From a virus (lineage: Duplodnaviria > Caudoviricetes): a stretch of DNA of 61,311 nt. Under the pieces are notes generated by a model, which saw only the letters and a list, made by a program, of their open reading frames with translations, made no database searches and was not told the DNA's origin. The DNA lies in IMG/VR virus record IMGVR_UViG_3300043399_000562, positions 1 through 61,311 of that record; one strand, written 5' to 3'. Within the stretch, counting starts at the first letter, position 1; each line of letters begins with the position of its first letter. The translations under genes and the position numbers were made by a program. This document shows positions 18,935 through 27,351 of this stretch, in pieces.

Positions 18935-20173
18935 ATGCCAAGCACCACGACACCGGCCTTCAGAGGCGTCCTGACGATCTTCTTCGATGGCATCGTCTCG
19001 ATGATGAACCCGTATCCGAAGCCCTGGAAGTTCCGGGTTCGGCGAATCCTCAAGGGTTGGGACGGCCCAGTCTGGCAGCCCTCGCTCGCGGTCGTAACGC
19101 TCGACGCGTCAGGTCAAACGGCAAGCGAGGTGTATCCGGACACCAGCCGAGTCATCAAGGCGATGAACCCGGCGCACATCATCTACGAATGCCTGACCAA
19201 TCGCATATGGGGCAGAGGGCTCCCGCGCAACCGGATCGACGATGCGTCTTTCACCGCAGCGGCACAGACGCTGTTCGCCGAAGGCTTCGGCCTTTGCCTC
19301 AAGTGGAACCGGCAGGACACCATCGAGTCGTTCGTGCAGAGCGTGATCGATACGATCGGCGCTGCGATGTATGTCCATCGTGAGACTGGACTTGTCACTC
19401 TGAAGCTGATTCGCGGCGACTACTCGTTCGCTTCGCTGCCCGTGTTCGATTCGACGAATGGGCTGCTGGAGATCTCCGAGGCGACTGTGGTTGCACCGTC
19501 GAACCTGCTGTCCGAGTTCATCGTCACCTACAAAGATCCGGTGACGGACAAGCCGCGCAAGGTGAGGGCGCAGAACATTGCTGCGCTGCAGGCTAACGGC
19601 GGTGTGGCCAACACACAATCGCGCGAGTACATCGGCGTGCCCACTGCATCGCTTGCGCAGCGCATCGCACAGCGCGATCTGCGAGCAGCCTCAAGCCGCC
19701 TCAGACGGTTCAGCCTGACGCTTGATCGCAGGGCATGGGACCTGTATCCGGGCGACGTGATCCGCATCCGTGATGTGGCAAGAAACATCCCCGACATGGC
19801 AGTGCGCATCGGCCGATTCGAGGATGGCACGTTCGATTCGTCGAAGATCAAGATCGCGGCAGTGCAGGACGTATTTAATTTGCCCGCGTCCTCGTTCACT
19901 GGAACGCAACCGCCTGGCTGGATGCCGCCGAACTCTGACCCCTGCATCGGCCGGCACACGGTGTTCGAGCTTCCCTACGCACTGGCCATGCGAGTGATGT
20001 CGGCGGCCGAGTTCTCCGCTCTGACCGGCTCGGGCGCATTGTTCGGAGCCTTGTGCGAAGAGGGCAAGCCGCTCAACACCACGTTCAGCATCGCTCGCAA
20101 GTCCGGTGCCCCGTCGTCCGGTGAAAACCCCCCAGACGGTTCCTACTACTGCCCAACCCTACCGTTCAACTGA
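18935..20173 (+). CDS. Tail tip (hub) protein, central part
   Basis: PAFRG, NPYPKPWKF, MNPAHIIYECLTN, AQRDLR, LYPGDVI. Confidence 0.85.
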   Translation: MPSTTTPAFRGVLTIFFDGIVSMMNPYPKPWKFRVRRILKGWDGPVWQPSLAVVTLDASGQTASEVYPDTSRVIKAMNPAHIIYECLTNRIWGRGLPRNRIDDASFTAAAQTLFAEGFGLCLKWNRQDTIESFVQSVIDTIGAAMYVHRETGLVTLKLIRGDYSFASLPVFDSTNGLLEISEATVVAPSNLLSEFIVTYKDPVTDKPRKVRAQNIAALQANGGVANTQSREYIGVPTASLAQRIAQRDLRAASSRLRRFSLTLDRRAWDLYPGDVIRIRDVARNIPDMAVRIGRFEDGTFDSSKIKIAAVQDVFNLPASSFTGTQPPGWMPPNSDPCIGRHTVFELPYALAMRVMSAAEFSALTGSGALFGALCEEGKPLNTTFSIARKSGAPSSGENPPDGSYYCPTLPFN

Positions 20174-20174
20174 C

Positions 20175-22577
20175 ATGGCAAACGCCGACTATCAAACCGT
20201 CGCCACAGGCAACTTCTCGCAGATCGCGAGGGTCACCTCGTTCATCAGCAGGACGGCCACCTCGATCTCGATCACCGACGTGCGTGACATCGAGGGTGAT
20301 GGGCCGGCACAGGGCGACCTCGTGCTGCTGAACGACGAGTTCATGCAGATCACCTCGGTCGGAGTGACGTCGTGGGGTGTCAAGCGTGGATGCCTCGATA
20401 CGATCCCCCAAGAGCACGCCATCGGATCGAACGCGTTCATCGTCCGCACGGGGTCGATTGGCACGGACAGGCGCGAGTACCTCGGTACGGAGACGATCTC
20501 GCTCAAGGTGCTGCCGAAGACGCCTGGCGGTGCCACGCCAATCGAATACGCGCCTCCGAATCAGTTGACGTTCGGGCAGCGGTTCGCTCGTCCATATCCG
20601 CCCGCACAGGTCAAGGCGAACTACAACCATTGGGGTCTGCCGACAATCATCAGTTCCAGCGTCCCGCTGATCCTGACGTGGGTCGATCGCAATCGCGTGC
20701 TGCAGGCCGACTCCGTTCTCGGCCACAACGATGCCGGTGTGACGCCCGAGGATGGCGTCGAGTACGTCATTCGTCTTTACACGGCCGGTGGCACTCTGGT
20801 GAAGACCGTCACGGTCATCAACGAAAACAGGTGGACCTATTCATGGCAGGAAATGGGCACCGACTTCAACCTCGGGGCGATCGGTGGCGGCGGGATCTAT
20901 GAAGCCTATCTGACACTGCACGCAAAGCGTGACGGGTTCGAATCGAGGCAGTTCTATAGGGTGAACTTCGCGCGCTATCTGAACGAGATCCCGAACGTCG
21001 ATTCGACGCCTTCGGTACTACTTATCAGATTCACAGGAAACGAAGGATCGACGTCGGCTACCGATGAGAGCGGGCAATCAACGCCAATTCAGTTCGTCGG
21101 CGACGCGAAGATAACGAAGCAAGTCGCTTCGTTCCAGAACGGCAGTCTGGTGATACCGAATCCGGCAAGTTTCGTTCGGCTAGGCAACGTCGGACAAGTG
21201 CCTGCAAATATCTACAACGCGCTGCAGTCGAATTCTTGGACCATCGAGGGCTTCGCGACAGTCGATGCTCCGGACGCAGGAGGGGTTCTATTCTCAGTGG
21301 AACTTGACCCGGTCGTTGGTCCGCCGGACTTCGCGATCTATGTCAACATCCAGACCGGAAACATCTTGATGTACAGGGCAGGATCGCTTTTCTTGCCCAA
21401 CACCACGACACGGGATAGAGCACCTGCTCCCGGTCAAAGATTTCACTGGGCAGTGGTGTGCGAAAGCATTAGCCCGGGCGTCAATAAGATGCGCTGGTTC
21501 ATCAATGGCCAAAGCATGATGACGCGACGGGATGGGCTGACCTACTTCGACTGGGATTACTGGAGCAACTCGGCACCTTCGATCGGTCATGTGCGTATTG
21601 GTAGAGCGTCAAACGGTACATGGGCGAACGGCTCATTTTCTGCCATCGGAAGCATCAAGATCTCGAACACGGCGAAGTACACGGGTCCCTACACTGCGAT
21701 CAATTCTGGCGGCACATCGTTCGTGTTTCCGGCAGATTTCACCCCTCCGAGCGACTTCGCGCCAAATACCCCATCGATTCCAAACGTCGACACGACGCCT
21801 TCAGTGCTTCTCTTGCGTTTTCAAGGTACTGAGGGATCTACGGCAACCGTCGATGAAAGCGGGAACAGCATTCCGGTAGCTTTCTTCAATAACGCCATCG
21901 TTACGCGCACGCTACCTGTCTTTCCAAACGGCTCGCTCGTTCTGCCATCACCTCCCCCACCTTCACCTAAGAGTTATTTGAAGATCGGTTCGGGCTCTCA
22001 AGTGCCGAGCCAGATCAGCAGTGCGTTCGCATCAGGTTCATGGACCATAGAAGGCTTTGCAAGCGTCGGATCTTCCGAAAACACCTACATGACGGTGTTT
22101 GCACTTCAAGATCTATCTGGAGGTGTTACCGGAAAGCCCGAATTTGCGATTGCTGTTGGGGCGCAGAACAGTAACCCGAACATTGTCATCTACTTCTATG
22201 GTTCTCTCTACTTGCCGAGAACTGTGACTCGATTGCCTGCGCCTAATCGCAATAAGCGATTCCATTGGGCGGTGGTCTGCGACGAAGGAAAGATGCGCTG
22301 GTTCATTGATGGCAAGAGCCTAATTGCGAGACTGGACGGACTTAACGCTTACGATTGGGACTACATGGGAGCACCGGGGCTGACAACCGGAGAGTTGCTC
22401 ATCGGAGCTTCGGCAACCGGCATCTGGTCCGAAACATCCCAGTCAGGAATCGGGGCTGTGAAGATTTCAAACTCGGCGAAATACACCGGGTCGTACGTGA
22501 AGATCAATCCAGACGGACAAACTTACACTTACAACGCGGACTTCACACCACCAGACGATTTCGCGCCTGCTCCATGA
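20175..22577 (+). CDS. Tail tip C-terminal part / receptor-binding protein with two tandem LamG/ConA-like domains
   Basis: VKRGCLDTIPQEH, RPYPP, WVDRNR; then two copies of IPNVDxTPSVLLxRF...WTIEGF...ADFTPP. Confidence 0.8.
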   Translation: MANADYQTVATGNFSQIARVTSFISRTATSISITDVRDIEGDGPAQGDLVLLNDEFMQITSVGVTSWGVKRGCLDTIPQEHAIGSNAFIVRTGSIGTDRREYLGTETISLKVLPKTPGGATPIEYAPPNQLTFGQRFARPYPPAQVKANYNHWGLPTIISSSVPLILTWVDRNRVLQADSVLGHNDAGVTPEDGVEYVIRLYTAGGTLVKTVTVINENRWTYSWQEMGTDFNLGAIGGGGIYEAYLTLHAKRDGFESRQFYRVNFARYLNEIPNVDSTPSVLLIRFTGNEGSTSATDESGQSTPIQFVGDAKITKQVASFQNGSLVIPNPASFVRLGNVGQVPANIYNALQSNSWTIEGFATVDAPDAGGVLFSVELDPVVGPPDFAIYVNIQTGNILMYRAGSLFLPNTTTRDRAPAPGQRFHWAVVCESISPGVNKMRWFINGQSMMTRRDGLTYFDWDYWSNSAPSIGHVRIGRASNGTWANGSFSAIGSIKISNTAKYTGPYTAINSGGTSFVFPADFTPPSDFAPNTPSIPNVDTTPSVLLLRFQGTEGSTATVDESGNSIPVAFFNNAIVTRTLPVFPNGSLVLPSPPPPSPKSYLKIGSGSQVPSQISSAFASGSWTIEGFASVGSSENTYMTVFALQDLSGGVTGKPEFAIAVGAQNSNPNIVIYFYGSLYLPRTVTRLPAPNRNKRFHWAVVCDEGKMRWFIDGKSLIARLDGLNAYDWDYMGAPGLTTGELLIGASATGIWSETSQSGIGAVKISNSAKYTGSYVKINPDGQTYTYNADFTPPDDFAPAP

Positions 22578-22651
22578 GGCCAAGACTGGCTACCAAGTTG
22601 TAACGTACACTTACGCGCGCTGTATGCCCGAACGGTACAAAGGAGAACCAG

Positions 22652-22774
22652 ATGTGGACTCATGTCATGAACGCAGTGGCCGATGCGATCGACTGGATGG
22701 GCTGGCGTCTGGTCAAGTTGGCCGACAGTGTCCGTCCTGCGGGTGGCGGTGGGCCGGGTGGCGTGATCCGCTGA
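22652..22774 (+). CDS. 40-aa small protein at the start of the lysis block
   Basis: AAGGAG SD; MWTHVMNAVADAIDWMGWRLVKLADSVRPAGGGGPGGVIR (hand translation). Confidence 0.6.
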   Translation: MWTHVMNAVADAIDWMGWRLVKLADSVRPAGGGGPGGVIR

Positions 22775-22778
22775 AGTC

Positions 22779-23141
22779 GTGTGGCGCGACTGCGTGACCG
22801 TCGCTCTGGCCGCGTTCGCGTACCTCGGCTACTACAGGTGGTCAGATCCGATCGAGCGGGCTTGGGTCAGCTACATCGGGTGTGCGGTCCTGACGGTGTG
22901 GCTCGTGTGGCAGCAGACGGGTCGCAGGACTTGGGTGGGTTTGTTCGGGATCTTCTACATCACGTTCGAGGGGGCACAGCAGGCAACTTGCGGCTACTTC
23001 GAGTTTGGGACCGTACCTGACGGTCAAGACATCTGCGTGCGGCTTGTCGGTGAAGAGGTGTACCGGGCAGCCATGTCCATCATCCTCGCAGTCATCTTCA
23101 CCGGAGCGATCAAATGGCAGAACCGACAGTCGGAAAAGTGA
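22779..23141 (+). CDS. Membrane protein
   Basis: Several hydrophobic segments. Confidence 0.6.
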   Translation: MWRDCVTVALAAFAYLGYYRWSDPIERAWVSYIGCAVLTVWLVWQQTGRRTWVGLFGIFYITFEGAQQATCGYFEFGTVPDGQDICVRLVGEEVYRAAMSIILAVIFTGAIKWQNRQSEK

Positions 23142-23485
23142 GTGCGCTGGCACTGCTGGCCGCAACACTCGGGCCGGTCTGGGGCGAGTACGCATTCATC
23201 CTTGCGGGCGCCTTCATCGGCGGGTATGCCGGACTCTCGCTGTACCCGGAACGCAAGGACGGGTTCACCAAGCCACTCGTCCACGTCCTGACGGGCATCG
23301 GGCTCGCCTTGATGCTCACCCCAGCAGGCGCAGTCATCGCGTCCAACGCATTGCCCCAGGCGTGGAAGTTCACGGCAGACCTCGCACTACCCGTGATCGC
23401 AGTCGCCATCGGAGCCTTCTGGCATCCGGCCCTCACCCGGTGGATTCCGGCCTTGTTCAACAGGACGACGGGGACTGGCAAATGA
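23114..23485 (+). CDS. Putative holin-like membrane protein
   Basis: 3-4 hydrophobic segments; GGAG SD; upstream of the endolysin. Confidence 0.6.
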   Translation: MAEPTVGKVSALALLAATLGPVWGEYAFILAGAFIGGYAGLSLYPERKDGFTKPLVHVLTGIGLALMLTPAGAVIASNALPQAWKFTADLALPVIAVAIGAFWHPALTRWIPALFNRTTGTGK

Positions 23486-23904
23486 TCGGTGAAGTCGCGC
23501 AGTTGGCAGTCGGGGCGATAGGCGCCTATGTCGCGGGCCGTGCGGCAAACAACCATGTACGGGGCACGCCACTGTCACACAGGCTGCTCGCATCAACGCT
23601 CGGATCGGCATCGTTGATGATCTTCATCGCAGTGCCGATTCAGCATTTGACGGAGACACACGATGCAACTCTCGGCCAACTTCAGTCTGGACGAGTTCTG
23701 TCGCAGCAGCACGGCAACTCGGTTGGGGATCACGAACTACCTACCTGCCGACCTGCTTGGGAACGCGAAGCAGACCGCCGAGATGCTCGAACGGATTCGT
23801 GCCCACCTGAGCAAGCTGGCGGGAAAGCCGATCCCGATGATCATCACCTCGGGCTACCGCTGCTTCGCCCTGAATCGCCGTCTGGGCAGCAGCGACAGCA
23901 GTGA
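23482..23904 (+). CDS. Small membrane protein overlapping the endolysin 5' end
   Basis: ATGA overlap with the previous stop; two hydrophobic segments; long 3' overlap is doubtful. Confidence 0.45.
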   Translation: MIGEVAQLAVGAIGAYVAGRAANNHVRGTPLSHRLLASTLGSASLMIFIAVPIQHLTETHDATLGQLQSGRVLSQQHGNSVGDHELPTCRPAWEREADRRDARTDSCPPEQAGGKADPDDHHLGLPLLRPESPSGQQRQQ

Positions 23905-24136
23905 TCACGTCCAGGCCCTCGCTGCGGACTGGGAAGCGCCGGCCTTCGGCAGTCCGACCGACGTATGCCGAGCCCTTCAGCCGATGGTCGAGTTCCTCAA
24001 GATCGGACAACTGATCAACGAGTACCCCGACCGCGACGGTTGGGTGCACACCAGCGTCAAGCTGCCCGCCAAGACCATCAATCGGGTGATCACGATCACC
24101 GGACGTGGCACCAACGTCGGAATCATGGGGGCATGA
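23663..24136 (+). CDS. Endolysin, peptidase M15A family
   Basis: LSANFSLDEF, ITSGYRC..LN, SDH..ALAAD, WVH. Confidence 0.9.
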   Translation: MQLSANFSLDEFCRSSTATRLGITNYLPADLLGNAKQTAEMLERIRAHLSKLAGKPIPMIITSGYRCFALNRRLGSSDSSDHVQALAADWEAPAFGSPTDVCRALQPMVEFLKIGQLINEYPDRDGWVHTSVKLPAKTINRVITITGRGTNVGIMGA

Positions 24137-24137
24137 G

Positions 24138-24668
24138 ATGAACTGGAAGGACGCTGCTCAGACCCTCGCCAAGATCGGCCTTCCGTTGCTGGGCGCCGCG
24201 TTGCCGCTGCCAGGCGGCATGGCCCTCGGAGCCTCGCTTGCCGCTCACATCGGCGCCAAGGAAACGACTGTCGATGGGGTCGTAAACGCCCTCATCGGCA
24301 ACGAAGAAGCTCGTCAGAAGGCAGTCGAGTTTCAGGCGATGCACAACGAGCGCATGACCAACATGGTCATGAAGCACGAACTCGACATGTACCAGTCTGC
24401 GAATCAGGACCGTGCGAGCGCCCGGTCTGGAAACGTGGCCTCGGGCATGAACGAGAAGTTGTTCTGGCTGACATGCGTGCTGTTGATCATCACGCTGGGC
24501 TGCGAGGCGGCAGTGCTGTTCATGGGAATCCCGAGCGGAGCAAACGAGTTCGTGATCGGTCGCGTACTCGGTCTGCTCGACTCGATCACCCTTAGTCTGC
24601 TGGCCTACTGGTTCGGCTCGTCGCTCGGCTCGTCGATGAAGAACGACTGGAAGCCGACGAAGGTTTGA
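24138..24668 (+). CDS. Holin-like protein
   Basis: DRASAR, two hydrophobic segments, YWFGSSLGS. Confidence 0.75.
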   Translation: MNWKDAAQTLAKIGLPLLGAALPLPGGMALGASLAAHIGAKETTVDGVVNALIGNEEARQKAVEFQAMHNERMTNMVMKHELDMYQSANQDRASARSGNVASGMNEKLFWLTCVLLIITLGCEAAVLFMGIPSGANEFVIGRVLGLLDSITLSLLAYWFGSSLGSSMKNDWKPTKV

Positions 24669-24770
24669 TGGGGCTGTTTACCGCACTACCTTTCATGCCG
24701 ACTTCAAGTTGGCGCGGCCAAACGCATTCCAAAAGCGGTTCTGTTTCGGTCTAGGCTTCGGCCCTAAAAG

Positions 24771-24857
24771 GATGCCACGTATGGCAGTTGGTGGTTACAG
24801 GTGGCAAGGAGTTGCCATAGATGGCAAGGCGGGCGTTCTGCCTATATGGCGTTAGGC
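24771..24857 (+). mobile_element. attI-like integron site
   Basis: GCCTATA-TGGC-GTTAGGC simple site with no R'' partner; several TGGCA/TGCCA repeats upstream. Confidence 0.4.
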
Positions 24858-25070
24858 CCCATCTCGCAAGCCTCGCAAAAGCTCGATGCACTCTGCTTTT
24901 GTCAGGTTGTACGGGCTTGAGTTCAAGTGCTGAATTGCGAGCGTCAGCCCGTACTGCGCTTCCACATGGCCGGGGCGTTGTGCTGCTGGTTTCCTTGCTT
25001 CGCGCTCTGCCTTTGTCGGCACAAGGCTGCCCCAACCGGCGCCGTCTTCTATCTCTCCGCGCCAGCTCAT
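24852..25070 (-). CDS. Hypothetical cassette-borne protein
   Basis: Stop TAA lies within the complement of GTTAGGC; ATGA-coupled to the upstream gene. Confidence 0.65.
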   Translation of the reverse strand: MSWRGEIEDGAGWGSLVPTKAEREARKPAAQRPGHVEAQYGLTLAIQHLNSSPYNLTKAECIELLRGLRDGA

Positions 25071-25255
25071 GCGGCACCTCGCAGCAGGCCCATCGCTTCC
25101 CAGATCTTCCGGCAGGCGTACTGCGCGGGCACGGCCTCGGCCTCTTCTTGCTCGTCCTCGAACGTGTCAAGGTAGCTGTCGGCCGTGGCTTCGAGCGCAT
25201 CGAACGCCTGTTGCAGCAGGCTCAGGGCTTGTTGGGTTTGTGCGTCAGCTTTCAT
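25067..25255 (-). CDS. Hypothetical acidic cassette-borne protein
   Basis: MKADAQ... with GAGGA SD. Confidence 0.6.
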   Translation of the reverse strand: MKADAQTQQALSLLQQAFDALEATADSYLDTFEDEQEEAEAVPAQYACRKIWEAMGLLRGAA

Positions 25256-25388
25256 CGTCTTCCTCTGCGTGGTCATCAAGGTCAAACACTTCTCCGCAGG
25301 CTGCGCAGCGTTGCAGCCGGTCGTCCTGCGGGTCGTCTTCATCGTCGTACTGGTACACGGTCTTGCAACCGCACTTTGGGCATGCCAT
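25245..25388 (-). CDS. 47-aa zinc-ribbon protein (CxxC...CxxC), cassette-borne
   Basis: MACPKCGCKTVYQYDDEDDPQDDRLQRCAACGEVFDLDDHAEEDDES; GGAG SD (hand translation). Confidence 0.65.
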   Translation of the reverse strand: MACPKCGCKTVYQYDDEDDPQDDRLQRCAACGEVFDLDDHAEEDDES

Positions 25389-25413
25389 CGTCTGCGCGCT
25401 CCGGGTAAGTGGG

Positions 25414-25471
25414 GCCTAACACTTCGCTCAAGCCGACAGCCTACGGCTGCGGCTGAATCCCGACGTTAGGC
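25414..25471 (+). mobile_element. Integron attC site (58 bp)
   Basis: R'' GCCTAAC - 5 nt - L'' GCTCAAGC - stem-loop - L' GCTGAAT - 6 nt - R' GTTAGGC. Confidence 0.85.
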
Positions 25472-25729
25472 CCCTCGAATCGCATCACGTACTTCGCGCA
25501 GTGCATCCATCGTCCATTCGGCGGCCAGTTCGCCGGCTGCGCTGTTGCCGACCGGAACTCGATGCGCTTCCACAATCCGCGCGCACCGCTCACGCTCTGC
25601 AGCCTCTACAGCGGCAAGCCCTGCCAGCACTTCGCGCGAGATATTTGTCCGCAGTTGCTGGGTGTTCCCGTACTCCAGTGCAATCCACGCCAGCCGGCTT
25701 ACAAGCTCTCGCTTCTCGTGATCTTTCAT
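25466..25729 (-). CDS. Hypothetical cassette-borne protein
   Basis: AERERCARIVE phage-type motif; GGAG SD; stop within R'. Confidence 0.75.
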   Translation of the reverse strand: MKDHEKRELVSRLAWIALEYGNTQQLRTNISREVLAGLAAVEAAERERCARIVEAHRVPVGNSAAGELAAEWTMDALREVRDAIRGA

Positions 25730-25750
25730 TTCGTGCTCCGTTCACCAATG

Positions 25751-25841
25751 GCCTAACGTCAGCAGTAAGCCGAAAGCGCCGGCAGGCGTGCTCAGTGTGG
25801 CTTCCTACTCGGGGCGCTTCGGCTTACTGCTGACGTTAGGC
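25751..25841 (+). mobile_element. attC-like site (91 bp) with symmetric arms
   Basis: GCCTAACGTCAGCAGTAAGCCGAA...TTCGGCTTACTGCTGACGTTAGGC. Confidence 0.7.
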
Positions 25842-26099
25842 GCCAGGTGGCGTCGGCAGTGGCATCCAATGCGTCGGCGGTACTGGGTCGGGATCAGCAT
25901 CCGAAAGCAACTCGTCGGCCCACACCCAAAGGGCGTATCCATCGCCTTCAACCCACTTCATGCGGGCCTGTTCGCCGTTGTAGGCCCAAACCTCAGAACC
26001 GTCTTGCGGCGCAGTCTCGATTGGCTGCCAAGCGCAGATCGTCTCAAACCCTGCTTGCGCCACAGCGGCCAATGGCGGGTATGTCTTCTGCCATTCCAT
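25836..26099 (-). CDS. DUF551-like phage protein
   Basis: WQPIETAPQDG...PTHWMPLP; stop within R'. Confidence 0.8.
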   Translation of the reverse strand: MEWQKTYPPLAAVAQAGFETICAWQPIETAPQDGSEVWAYNGEQARMKWVEGDGYALWVWADELLSDADPDPVPPTHWMPLPTPPGA

Positions 26100-26115
26100 A
26101 TTCACACCTCTGACT

Positions 26116-26247
26116 TCAGAAGGGCGCATCGACCCACTCTCGTTTAGGTTTACGCCTTGTCCGAGGCTTGGGCAGCGGCTGACCTTTCCAAGTGGGAAAC
26201 GGCCATTCCTTCGGAGGGCTCGGTTCCTGTTTAGTCGGACTCGCCAT
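26116..26247 (-). CDS. Small basic protein
   Basis: GGAGG SD; WPFPTWKG. Confidence 0.55.
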   Translation of the reverse strand: MASPTKQEPSPPKEWPFPTWKGQPLPKPRTRRKPKREWVDAPF

Positions 26248-26774
26248 CACAACCACCTCCCAAGTAGTTGAAAGAAGCGATAGCGATACTTCGTTCGGTT
26301 CCACGAAGCCACACCGGCCCTGTCCATCGCTTCGGCTGTGCTATTGCCAGCAAGCAACCCTTCGATGAACGTCTGGCCGTTCGGCTTCAGCTTCGACGCC
26401 ACGTACTGCAAGGCCCGCAGTATGTGGGAGTAGGTAGATGCGTCGCCAACATCAGGACGATCGGCGAGATCGAACTCGATGCCTTCGACTAGAGCGTATG
26501 TCGTGGCTGATCGACCATTGCGGGACAGGCCAATGTGCTCGTGCCACTCTTTGCGGATGTAGTCCTGCATGGCACCGAGTGCTCGACGCGAAATGTAGTT
26601 CGCACGGTGTGCGGGATCTTCCGGTACTCGATCTTCAGCGAACGCTTCGACGATCGCCAGTCGTCCGACCTGTCGCAGTTCTTCGATGTCGTAGGCGGGA
26701 TGGCGCCGTGTGAACTGCAGCGCAATTCGGGCGCTGCGTACTATCAGCAACTCCGTTTCAGCGTCGAAGACCAC
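26247..26774 (-). CDS. Sigma-70-like (region 2 plus C-terminal helical domain) transcription factor
   Basis: DIEELRQVGRLAIVEA...YISRRALGAMQDYIRK; start uncertain. Confidence 0.6.
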   Translation of the reverse strand: MVFDAETELLIVRSARIALQFTRRHPAYDIEELRQVGRLAIVEAFAEDRVPEDPAHRANYISRRALGAMQDYIRKEWHEHIGLSRNGRSATTYALVEGIEFDLADRPDVGDASTYSHILRALQYVASKLKPNGQTFIEGLLAGNSTAEAMDRAGVASWNRTKYRYRFFQLLGRWL

Positions 26775-27351
26775 AGCCAACCCCACAGGCCGCAGCCACG
26801 GCGGCAAAGGACAACAGAAGCCCATCCGGCTCGTTCACGGTGCGCATTGCCAAGTCGGGTGCTACCTCGAACTGAGGAACGGCTTCGATTCGGCGCTCGG
26901 CCGAGAAGATGTTGTTGCAGACGTAAGGTGACCCGACGCAGTTCGCCTTGACGCACCAGACCCGTGTTGCCTCGGTGTGATTCTCGGGCCAGTCCACTCG
27001 GGATACACATGCGGCCTTCGAGCCGCGACCAAAGTGCATGCCTTGAACATCGGTAACGAACACCGACGTGCCGCTGGACATGATTCCGCGTTTCGTGATC
27101 TCGGTGATGAAGTCCGGTGGCGTGAATAGGACGCGGGCCTGCAGTGCGACTCGCGTCGTCAAGTCGATGTGCTTGTAAGACCAGATGGCCATCAACGTCG
27201 AGCCGGTAAACCTGTTCTGGCCCGGGTTGTTCCACGAGGCGCACTCGCGTTCATCCTTGGCAAAGGCCGACAGCGTCAGAAGGCCGGCAGACAGCAGCAC
27301 GATCGTGTAGAGGGCCGCACGTACGGCCAGCCTGCGAATCACAGGATGCAT
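26758..27351 (-). CDS. MHFG-family PEP-CTERM protein
   Basis: Signal peptide, CASWNNPG, MHFG, PYVCNN, C-terminal VNEP + hydrophobic stretch + RR. Confidence 0.7.
   Translation of the reverse strand: MHPVIRRLAVRAALYTIVLLSAGLLTLSAFAKDERECASWNNPGQNRFTGSTLMAIWSYKHIDLTTRVALQARVLFTPPDFITEITKRGIMSSGTSVFVTDVQGMHFGRGSKAACVSRVDWPENHTEATRVWCVKANCVGSPYVCNNIFSAERRIEAVPQFEVAPDLAMRTVNEPDGLLLSFAAVAAACGVGCGLRR

Noticed and set aside
20988-22577. Diversity-generating retroelement TR/VR pair
   Set aside because: No reverse transcriptase is present, and the repeat differences are not adenine-specific.
25069-25756. Plus-strand ORFs (25069-25419, 25562-25756) ending at R'' as conventional cassette genes
   Set aside because: They look like shadow frames; the minus-strand ORFs have SD sites, coupling and recognisable motifs.
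26116-26136. SSB-tail mimic (EWVDAPF)
   Set aside because: Only a weak resemblance to DDIPF in a single small ORF.
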